Below are positions 47,258 through 57,430 of a DNA stretch of 64,000 nucleotides, in pieces; the first letter of the stretch is position 1; each line of letters starts with the position of its first letter. Position numbers and translations under genes: made by a program. The DNA is from Octopus bimaculoides (taxonomy: Eukaryota), in NCBI RefSeq assembly GCF_001194135.2, contig NC_069000.1, positions 47,600,493 through 47,664,492 of the forward strand. The letters are read 5' to 3'. The notes under the pieces are model-generated. The model did not search any database. It was not told the DNA's origin and saw nothing but the letters and a program-made list of their open reading frames with translations.

Positions 47258-47760
47258 TAGTGGTACAACAACGTACCATTATTTACTGGAAATAGCAGTT
47301 GACAATGTACGATGCTATAGTTGAAGCTCCACTGTGTATAGAGTGGAGCAAATATGTTTCCGGAAAATTCCATTCTACCTGCAGGAAGAACATTAGATAA
47401 ATATACAACCCAGATGTGGATAATCTAGGATCCAGGTTTCAAAATCTCTTGAGCATTTCTCAGCAGCTAGAGTTATCAGATAGAATTATGAATGTTGCCA
47501 CATCAGTGCCAGTATACTCACCTGAACGCCTGAAACCCTTAACAAGCGAGAACACTGAAAAAGTTTTGAAATCTACCTCCAAAATTATCAACATCTCGGT
47601 TGTACATTTAACGAATGTTCTTCCTACAGGTGAGATGAAATTTTTTATGGTCACTGACCACAAACATCGTTGCCATTATATACACAGTGAAGCTTTACCA
47701 TAGCAGCGTATATTATCGACTGCTATTTCCAGTAAATATTGGTGCATTGCTGTACCATTG
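47258..47760. mobile_element. Tc1/mariner-like MITE with ~100-bp diverged TIRs
   Basis: TAGTGGTACAACAACGTACCATTATTTACTGGAAATAGCAG... is mirrored by ...CTGCTATTTCCAGTAAATATTGGTGCATTGCTGTACCATTG; TA-rich flanks. Confidence 0.75.
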
Positions 47761-48047
47761 TGTATATATATATATGTATGTGTGTATGTATATGTATATA
47801 TGTATATATATATATGTGTGTGTGTNNNNNNNNNNNNNNNNNNNNNNNNNNNNNNNNNNNNNNNNNNNNNNNNNNNNNNNNNNNNNNNNNNNNNNNNNNN
47901 NNNNNNNNNNNNNNNNNNNNNNNNNNNNNNNNNNNNNNNNNNNNNNNNNNNNNNNNNNNNNNNNNNNNNNNNNNNNNNNNNNNNNNNNNNNNNNNNNNNN
48001 NNNNNNNNNNNNNNNNNNNNNNNNNNNNNNNNNNNNNNNNNNNNNNN

Positions 48048-48087
<40 letters not shown>

Positions 48088-48221
48088 ATGTATATGTGTG
48101 TGTGTGTATATTATAATAATGTTGGATAGACATGTGGTGAGGAAGAAGGGGAGGGGTGGTGGTGATAATTTTGTTGAGAGATGTAAAAGAGAGTGACATT
48201 GAAGATACAGCTGTCCCTGCC

Positions 48222-48443
48222 TCACGATGTACTCCCTGTCAGGTCTGGGATGACAATACCATGCTGTTGAAGTGTAGCACGTAGTATAGAGTTCTCTTGT
48301 TTTAGTTCTTCACACTGTTGTCGATGTAAGTCACAGTCAACAGATATCCGCTCCGTCTCCTTAAGGCTGTCAGCCATACGAGCATTTGCCGTCCGAAGTT
48401 CTTGAATATATTCACATGCTTTCGCCAGAATTCCACCTTTGCT
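48222..48443 (-). CDS. USF: USF last exon: helix 2 and leucine zipper (SKGGILAKACEYIQELRTANARM...QHGIVIPDLTGSTS*)
   Basis: ctttcag|AGC acceptor; TGA at 48224-48222; part of ORF 48222-48767. Confidence 0.95.
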   Translation of the reverse strand, partial: SKGGILAKACEYIQELRTANARMADSLKETERISVDCDLHRQQCEELKQENSILRATLQQHGIVIPDLTGSTS

Positions 48444-49071
48444 CTGAAAGAAACACGTAAAGCGATGGAAGCGTTGAAACCTTGGATGGATTATTGGAAT
48501 AGAAAAGGATTTAAAAACAAGAAAATGAGAAACACTTACTGCACTGACTTGTCCTTGTTTGGAATGGTCTTGAGCACACTCGGGGACAAGCTTGGATAAA
48601 TGAACAATCCAATTGTTGATTTTGTCACGCCGTCGTCTCTCCACTGTTCTCAACAAATGAAAACACAAATCTTTAAATTCATGTGCAAAGGATCTTTTAT
48701 CCCCACTCCCAACCCAATTAGCTGGCCCCAGTATCTCATGATTTAATACACAAGTAAACCTGACCATGATAATGTCATTGTATCACAGCCCCTTCAGGCA
48801 AAGTGCGTTTGATTCACTGTATTAAGGTAATCAACAATCTTTAACTTCCACCAGTGTTAGCCCTTGGGCAGTGGCCATTCTGAGTCATACACATACCCAC
48901 ACCACAGGCACGGACTTTGCCTTATTACCATATGGTCAAGTTTTAATCTCACAGTGTGATGCCTTGGGTAAGTGCCCTCTACTGTAGCCTGGGGCCAATT
49001 AATGCCTTCTGAGTGAAATTGGTAAACACAAACTGTATGGAAACCTGTTGTGTATACACACACAAACATAC

Positions 49072-49143
<72 letters not shown>

Positions 49144-52100
49144 TGCTCCTCTCTATATCTATGTTAACCACTCACTCATCCTTCCAATCCTCTCTATCAC
49201 TCCACTGACATTCACCTCTGTGTACCTTGAGGGTACGCCTTGGCACAAAGCCACCTTCCCCAATACCCCACATCTCAGTTGAGAAGTCTTTGGTTTGTAA
49301 GTTACCTGGTGACCATGCTGGTACCACATAAAAAAAAAAACACCCAGTACACTGTAAAGTAGTTAATGTTAGAAAGGACAGGAAGTCGTAGAAACCATGC
49401 CAAAGCTGACTATAGTCCTCTACCTTGCCAGCTCCCGTCAAAGCATCCAACCCATGCCAGCATGGAAAACAGACAATGAGGATGATATACACACATCCAA
49501 GTGGGTTTGTGTGAATGTTTACATTCTGTACTCTGCATGAAAATCAATATTTGTTAATATTCCCTGCCAACAGAAACATGGTTCGAATCTCTACTTTCAA
49601 AGGTGAGTGGGGAAAAAAAAAATCCTGACTTGAAAAACAGGTAAAAGATAATGACAAGAGGAGCATCCAGCTGTAAGACACCTGAATGCATTCATCCAAA
49701 TCAGGCAAACATCATGAAAAACAAATCTAAAACAACACACGCACTATACATTGAAAAAAAATGTCACCAAAAAGATTTGAATTATGTATTTATCACTTGC
49801 TAGACTCCACGCACACTTATTTGAGAGGATTTTCTCTTTGTTTAGCAGAAACAAACAATGCCACTGTGTATGTGGCATTGTCTGTATTTTACATCATCAC
49901 AAAACCATATCTGGGCATTGAGCGGTTTATCCTGAGAAAGACCAGTGGAATATATGCCATACTTGGAAACAAAGGTTGATGACAACAAGAAGGACATTTT
50001 GTTGTCGGATACGGCTTCAATAAGTTTAGTCAAAACCCATCCCAACATGGTAATGACGATGATAAGTACAGAAATCTCTTTTACAACTGCGTACCTCAGT
50101 TGCTGATGATGACAGCTGCCATATTTGCCGTCATCATCTGCACTAACTTATGTATGTTCAACATGTTAAATTAAAAATATTCATATATTTAAGGGAAACC
50201 CACAGAGCAAGAATGTCAATGTGTGATCCAGCCATGCTTAGGGGTCAGGTTGGAGTAACAGCTAGATGTCCCCTTCAGCTCCCTACTGAACACTCAATAC
50301 TTTGTTGCCTTTCTTCCTGCTGCAGTAAAATCCCCAGTTAAAATTTTCTTTTCTCCTTTCGTCCCCTCCTTCACACAGAGAGTGAGTTATAAGAAATTTA
50401 TTAGAGAAAGCCGTAAACAAATTAAAACAAAAATAAACGAAATAGTGCACCTTCATTGTGTGTTGCTCGCCTGCGGTCATCACGTGTCGATCTGCCATCT
50501 AGTTTAGGGCTGTAGTTTGTTCGGGGAGCAATATTACGTTGACTCTGAAGGACATCCTGAGGAGACATCATCACATAGAACTGACCTGAAAACGTTCAGA
50601 AATAATAAACAGTGAACTGAATCCAATGAACACCAGTTTCAGTTGTAACCTAAAAGTTACGAAAGGGTAAAAGACTGTTGCAAGAATTCAAGTTAGGTCT
50701 CCTTGCCACAAACGAGTGAAGACCCTAAAAAAGATCATTAGCATTGTCCCTCTTATTCTCAGCCATTAAAATATAATTCTAAAATCAGAATGAAAATACT
50801 TTTATTAGAAATACTGCCTTCATGTCCGGAAGGATTTAGTAAAATCGTTTTGCTATAATGAAGTCGATGCCTTGAACATAAATGATTTGTTAATAAGAGG
50901 CTGCGCGAGTGAATAGTTTCCATCATCACTAATTGGTCAGAGTTTATTGGAAACAGACTTGAGGATAACTTTCTTTCATTGATCTTCAAGGCCCCTAAAA
51001 AAAGGGGCCACAGAAAAATGACAACTCCTCTCTGTCATCAAGCATTATTATAATCAAGCATTATAATAATAATAGTTTTCTATTAAAAAACAAGAAAGTG
51101 TTGCAGCCATCATCAGCTTATCTGTTTATATATCTTGGACGACATCTCTAACACAGTCATGTGTAATTTGAGAGACATTTAGCTGCTATTTCAAGGAAGT
51201 TAAGCATCCACAAAAAGAACAACACATTGAACAATTGTATTTTAAAACCTAGGTATGTCCCTTCTGCTGATCCCTACTTGTCTGTGAAGTACAGTAGTAT
51301 TACAGCATGGGCTTGTTTTGCAGTTAGGTTCATTGAAATCAACAGATTTTGATTGCTATACACACAATAGATACAAACATACAGCGTTTGTTGCTGTGGC
51401 AACGGTGTGTGTGCAAGAGAGTCTTACCTCCAGCTGCAGTGACAGGTCCGATTGCTGTGGCAGTTGGCACCTCTGCTGGTGATGCTACTGCACTTTCTCC
51501 TGTCGACCCAGAAGTTGGGAAATATGTAAACCTTGTTTCTGCCTGGCTTTCAGGTGTTGGACTTCCTCCGTTACTGAAAGGTGTCTGAATAACAGCCTGT
51601 TGAGAGAAACAGATAAAAGATTGCAACAAACAATGTTATAGGATGGCTAGTGAGGCATTTTTAAACAACTAATTTGATGATTAGAGAATTACAGTGGTTA
51701 ATTAAAAAAGTGACTAAAAAATTATGGCCTCAACTAATTTGATTGTTAATTCAATTTATTAGAGGGTCATGGCCACTGATTTGATCAGTCACAACATTCA
51801 AAGAATTTGAGGATATTGAATTAATTATGATTAGAAGAGCAACATGATGTTTAGCTAATTGGCTATTCATGATAGCTATGTATCACCAAATTAATTTTAA
51901 TCATTAACATAGCTGTCACCCAACACCTTGTTCTGATCACAATCACTACAGTAGACTAAGCTAATCTCACATTGTTACATATACACACAAAGCGATTAAG
52001 GACATGAAGACTGAAAGCTCCTGGTTCATGAAGAATTAGCACTGAGATGCTTGAAATATGCCCCTCCCCCACCAGCTACCTGTTAACAATAAGTGGAACC

Positions 52101-52552
52101 TGTTTCAGTTGGACAGACTAAGTTAATGATATGAATAGATGAATAGATGATATGAATAGAAAAAAAACTTTGAAGCTGTGACCTCAAAAAGGCTCCTAGA
52201 TTGATTTCTAAGGAACAATAATTGTTTCTTGGCAGGTTGTGGAAGCTACAATGTTGTGACGTTCATTCCCTTGCTAAAGAGTTTTAAGGATAGAGAAAGG
52301 AGTTAGTGTTATGTGTAGCACTTAACACATTATTTTAAAATATCAAATATGAAATTTATGCAAATTTAGAATACTTTTGTTTACATGTGTGGTAGAGTGA
52401 GAGAGTGAGGGAGAGAAAGAGAGGTTATGGATACTAAATGTCACGCACCTGAGCAACTTGAGCACCAGCGGGAAACCCTGTGGTAGACACTACCTGAGCA
52501 GTTGCTTCACTACCATCTTGTGTCACCTGTACAACACGATAGGTCACCTGAC
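48222..52552 (-). CDS. USF: Upstream stimulatory factor (USF1/2 family bHLH-ZIP), partial spliced CDS: complement join(52552-52449,51596-51428,50585-50451,48643-48549,48443-48222); 5' exons unresolved
   Basis: The exons give GQVTYRVVQV, AVIQTPFSNGGSP, the USF-specific region GQFYVMMSPQDVLQ..IAPRT, the basic region RRATHNEVERRRRDKINNWI and SKGGILAKACEYIQEL. Junctions are GT-AG and phase-compatible, several at positions matching recalled vertebrate USF boundaries. Confidence 0.94.
48549..48643 (-). CDS. USF: USF exon: basic C-half, helix 1 and loop (VERRRRDKINNWIVHLSKLVPECAQDHSKQGQ)
   Basis: gagaacag|TG acceptor (phase 1); donor CAA|gtcagt, with an alternative GCA|gtaagt 9 nt further on. Confidence 0.94.
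50451..50585 (-). CDS. USF: USF exon: USF-specific region and basic N-half (GQFYVMMSPQDVLQSQRNIAPRTNYSPKLDGRSTRDDRRRATHNE)
   Basis: gttttcag| acceptor, AAG|gtgcac donor, phase 1-1; USR motif. Confidence 0.94.
51428..51596 (-). CDS. USF: USF exon (AVIQTPFSNGGSPTPESQAETRFTYFP...AAG)
   Basis: Within ORF 51339-51629; ctctcaacag| acceptor, GAG|gtaaga donor. Confidence 0.92.
52449..52552 (-). CDS. USF: USF exon (GQVTYRVVQVTQDGSEATAQVVSTTGFPAGAQVAQ)
   Basis: Within ORF 52434-52667; CAG|gtgcgt donor; acceptor tttctctacag (alternatives at 52594 and 52547). Confidence 0.88.
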
Positions 52553-54680
52553 CTGTAGAGAAACAATCTCCGACCTCATATGACCCAGTCATTCCTGCCA
52601 GAAGGAACCAAAGACAAAATGAAAGATGGTTAAGTGGAGAATTTATCAGAAAACATAAATCATACATAAAACTGCACTAAAGGTGCAAAAGCTGATAGAG
52701 GGCCTTAATTGACAGTAAGACCCTCTATCAGAAACTACTTCTACCTATACTGCAGCTGGTGTTGTTTACAGTATAGCACATAGCTCTCAATAAATAAGGT
52801 TTCTTATGACTACACACCTAATAGAATGTGTAACTGTAGGCACCATGATAAATGTCCTTTAGATAACTAATGTCTGAAGAATAATCTACTATATAAGTGC
52901 TTGGCCAAAACACCTGAGTGTGTATTATTACATAGGTGTTACCACTTCAAAATGCAAGACTAGATAACATAACCATACAAAAGGGAAACTGCACTTAATT
53001 GGCCAAGTTCACCTGGGATCTCTAAGAATAGATATAGACTACTTCATTTCATGTAGATAGTGCTCTTCCTCATACAGGTGGCAATGGAGGTGCTGGAAAA
53101 TTTCAATGGTAAATTCAACTTAATTACAAAGCACCACAAGCCACTGTTCACATTTATTTAATAAAATATTCCTAAACTTTCCACACAAAAATCCTAAATA
53201 AACAACTTACCTAAGTCTAACTAAGATCTATGTCCACATTCTCTTCTTATGGATTCTCTCACCCCTACTTGATTAATCTTTAATCTAAACTATTGCTTCT
53301 ATTTTTATTCAATTAATTTAATTAAAGTAGACCTAATATTTCTTGAATGGACAATAAAAGTGGACATTTAACTTAGAATTTTACATACTTTTAATATACA
53401 TTTGTAGTAGACTCCACACCTCACTCTTTTTCCCTGTTTTAACCCAAATGCATATTTCCCTGCCATTGATTAGAATAGTGGAGGTCCAGTAATAATTTGC
53501 TTTTCTCTCTGTTCACTGTACTCACATATTTTTAAACTTGATGACCTCTTGACCTGCGAGGGAGTGTGAATTTGGCAACTTTATACTAAATCAAAGAAGA
53601 TAATTTAACATGTAAGGCTATCTATAATCTCCAGCTCCTGAATTATCTGGATGAGTAATTCTGATGTTAACAACTCTGATACCACACAAACCTCACCTCC
53701 ACCACATTATATATTTGTTGGAAACTCTGAAAAGTCTACCAGAAGAAGTTTAGAGTCAATCAATTATGCATACAAAGCAGTGTAACATGTTCCTCTGGCC
53801 ATCAGAAATGATGATGATCATCATCAACAATGATCATAATCTTCAATAAAGTTATGTAACAATGTTGTCATCATTTCTTAGTTTGATTGATATATCATCC
53901 TGTGCAGTGTCAAGCAAAAGTGCCCCTGTGGTACCATGTGAAAGCACCCAGCACACTATGTAGAGTGGTTGGCATTAGGAAGGGCATCCGGCCATAGAAA
54001 CCATACCAAATCAGACTGGAGTCTAGTGCAGATCCCTAGCTTGCAAGCTTTGATCAAACTGTCCAACTCATACCATACGTTAATTGATGATGATGATAAG
54101 TATGCGTGTGAGTATACAGATGTACATGTGTGACTACCAGCCAAAAGTTGAGCAGTTTATACCCTGCTACTGTCACTGTGCTGTGATCTTGGACTAAACA
54201 TTACATTGCTGGTCCCAACTTTTCTTGCAGGAAATAGTTTTTATGGCAACCAATGACAGATGACCAGTTAACAGGTGACACTGACCAGCGCCAAACCTAT
54301 AACAGTTTCTGTAGAAATATTTAAACATGTTGGACCACACCCAGTATTTCTAACGACATGGGGAAACTATAAACATAAATGGACATTTCTAGAATTTATA
54401 ATTCTATTACAAAGAAATCAAATTGGTTTTCTGAAGAAGACATTCATCAGAAGCATTTAAACTGGTAGCTTTAGTCAAAAAACATAAATTTGGCTTATGA
54501 ACTTTGTAACAGTTTTACTGCTGACACAAACAATCTCTGCTGTTACTGGACTCTAGTTGTTTGTTTTTCTATAAACAAAGAAAAAACAAAATATAAAAAT
54601 TTACAGATGTCAAACACAGAAGAGAAAGAGTGTGTGTGTGTGTGTGTGTATATAATAACAGACTGATTGATAATGTTTAA

Positions 54681-55301
54681 CTCTCTCAGCCCTTGTGTCT
54701 AACTTTGCCCTCCACCTGGGCTCCTCAGCAAAATCATAAATAGTTGCATACACAGCTCAAGAGTAATAATTGCAGACAAATTAATGGACAGAATCACAAA
54801 AAAAAAAAAAAGAGAAAAATTCAGAACAACACCAACAACAATAGGCCTATCTTTCAACCACCGTATTTGTTCATCTGAATTGTTACTTTCCTCATCGCTT
54901 TCACCAGTTTCATTGTCCGAATCACTCTCATTGTCTGCACAAGTGTGAACTCTTCACCCAAAGAATAAATATCATCAATCATTTCTTCAACTGCAAAGAG
55001 TCTAGGCCTTGCTTGTTTACCAGACAAACCACTGCATCCCTCAAGCCCATCTTTCTTCACAAAAGATCCCCTTTTTTTTTCTTTCCGATTAAAGGCAAAA
55101 GTAAACAACAGCTATGGAGGACACCATTAACAATGAATCATCAACACACTTGACTACAAAAAGCTGTGACACGATCGGTTGTCTATTTCTGGTATTTTAT
55201 CTTCTTTTTCTCCGTGAGTTGTTCATTACAGATTTAACGGGAATCCAATAGAGATTTCATTCAGGCTGTTCTCGGTATACTGGGAACATGGCATGATAGG
55301 G
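54681..55301 (-). mobile_element. piggyBac-like non-autonomous element (TTAA-flanked, frameshifted acidic transposase-like N-terminus)
   Basis: TTAA at 54677-54680 and 55302-55305; imperfect termini CCCTATCATGCC and CTCTCTCAGCCC (8/12). Translation ARPRLFAVEEMIDDIYSLGEE, then after a frameshift ADNESDSDNETGESDEESNNSDEQ. Confidence 0.55.
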
Positions 55302-56829
55302 TTAAAGAATTTGATAGCATGAGGTATTAAATACAAATGACTAAGGAATACTCAACCAGTTTCATGTTTTGTCACTAAATACTTCCACAAACTATTAAAA
55401 CTGATGCAAGATCCATTTTTCATTAACAACAAATGTTAAATAATCTTAATATTTTGGCTGATTGGCAGCCAGGTGTGAAGGGGTTTACAGTTGATAATTA
55501 GCTCCAGGTGAGTCTTAATCCTATAACCAAAGGTATGCCAACCATGACCATTCCTTCTTTACAGCTATCCAGAATATACATTATCCAATGTATCCTTTTT
55601 CTGTCGAGATAGAAGCATGTGGTTGGAGAAGGATTTGGGTGCTATTTTTAGCAAGTCAAGTAATCACATATGTGATTCCATTGCAGACAATGCCAATAGT
55701 CATTTGTTTTATAAAACAGTGACAACAGAAGCTGTTGACTGTGACAAAGAACAAAACTGGTAATGCAAACTACAAGACAAGACAAGTGAAGAAAGAAGTG
55801 TTCAGACCAAGTGGAAATGGTTGAAATGGTAAAACAGGTAGAATGTTGCTCTGATCCTATATTTTATAGAATTATTGAACAATATGAATAATGTTTGGGT
55901 TCTTTTAGAAAATTCCAACAATGAAAGGAATGCATTTTAGGTCAGCTCTCATGAATGGCTGCTGTTGGTGGTGGAATTTCCAGCTTCACAACTCTTTTAA
56001 TTTCTGCTGCTATCAATAAGAGGAGAAATAAAAGCAAGAACACTGGTACAACAACAACAACACTATTTATGGTGTTTACAACAGAAACATATACATACAT
56101 GTGTCGTGTATTTACATTGTGTGTGTGTGTATTTATACACACATATACACACATGGGTGTATAATCATTCAACGTCCACTGTCCATGCTGGTATGGGTTG
56201 GACGGTTTGACCAGGGCTGGCAAGGCTGGAAGGCTGCACCAGACTCCAGTGTGATTTGGCATGGTTACTATAGCTGGATGCCCTTCCTAATGCCAACCAC
56301 TCTGAGACTGTAATGGGTGCTTTTATGTGCCACTTGCATGACACCAATATCTGCCACAACAGCAATTTCACTTGACTTGGTGGGTTTTCTTCTCAAACGT
56401 AACATAATGCCAAAGGTCTTTGTCATTTGTCATTGCCTCTGTGAGGCCCAACACTCAAAAGGTGCTTTTCACATGCTACCAGCATCTGCCACAACTAATA
56501 TATATATATATAAATACACATTTAACCCATGCAAGCATGGAGAAGTGGACACTAAACAATGATCATACACACACACACATCTACAGACATTAAGGGGGAT
56601 GCACATAAGAAAGTATGATAGTGTAGGTGGCAATAAGAAAGGGTACATCAAAGGGCAAGAAAGTGAAGAAATACCTTCTGCATGTCCTGTCAGCTGAACA
56701 TCATCTGATCCATTGGAGTCATTTGTTTTATCTTGGCTGAAACATTCAAGTGAAATAACATTTTATTCTGCATACATACATCTCTCTCGCTCTCTCTTTA
56801 TATATAAAATATATAACAATGAGCACTAC

Positions 56830-57430
56830 GAGCACATGGGACTTAGATTCTCTGAAATGGCCAGGAGGCCCTCTTGAGGTTGAAGATAGTTTCTGTTACC
56901 TAGGTGACCAAATTAGTAATGGTGGAGGATGCTCTGAAAGTATTGTTTCTAGAATAAGTAAAGGATGGAGGAAGTTTAGAGAGCAAATTACATCTGTTGG
57001 CAACAAAAGGATTCTCTCTCGGAGCGAAAGGTAGACTGTATGATACTTGTGTGCAGACCAGCTATACTCCATGGTAGAGAGACATGGGCTCTGAATGCAG
57101 AAGACATATGCTCTGCTGGATGTGCAACATCAGTGCGCATGTACGACAAAGTGCAGATGTATTGAGAGAAAAGTTAGGCATAAGAGGAATGAAATGTAAC
57201 ATGCAAGAGAGAAGACTACATTGGTTTGGACATGTGATGTGTATGAATGAAGGCAGCTCCATAAAGAAATGCCAATCACTGAAAGTAGATGGTACCTGTG
57301 GAAGAGGGAGACCCAGGAAGACATGGGATGAAGTGGTAAGGGCCTATCTCAGGATGTTGGGTCTCACAGGAAGAAATGACAATGGACCAAGATGTCTGGC
57401 AATATGAGGTTCCTGAGAAGATCCACCCAT
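56830..57430 (+). mobile_element. RTE-clade LINE 3' coding end
   Basis: LEVEDSFCYLGDQIS...GGCSES, RRLHWFGHV, GTCGRGRPRKTWDEVVR. Confidence 0.88.

Noticed and set aside
44488-48225. Numerous long YI/VC/HT-rich ORFs, and ORFs spanning N runs, throughout the window
   Set aside because: Translations of dinucleotide or triplet microsatellites and gaps.
48644-48767. In-frame upstream extension MVRFTC...LLR of the USF HLH ORF
   Set aside because: It lies upstream of a good acceptor, has no USF similarity and replaces the basic region; treated as open intron.
50479-50486. CACGTG E-box within a USF coding exon (autoregulation)
   Set aside because: Explained by the T-R-D codons; a single 6-mer is expected by chance.
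53078-53108. + strand mini-exon-like signal (catacag|...|gtaaat) inside a USF intron
   Set aside because: Isolated, 31 nt, with no partner exons or homology.
55942-56262. - strand ORF ending AAEIKRVVKLEIPPPTAAIHES as a possible USF exon
   Set aside because: It ends in a stop with no donor, overlaps SINE and microsatellite sequence, and has no USF similarity.
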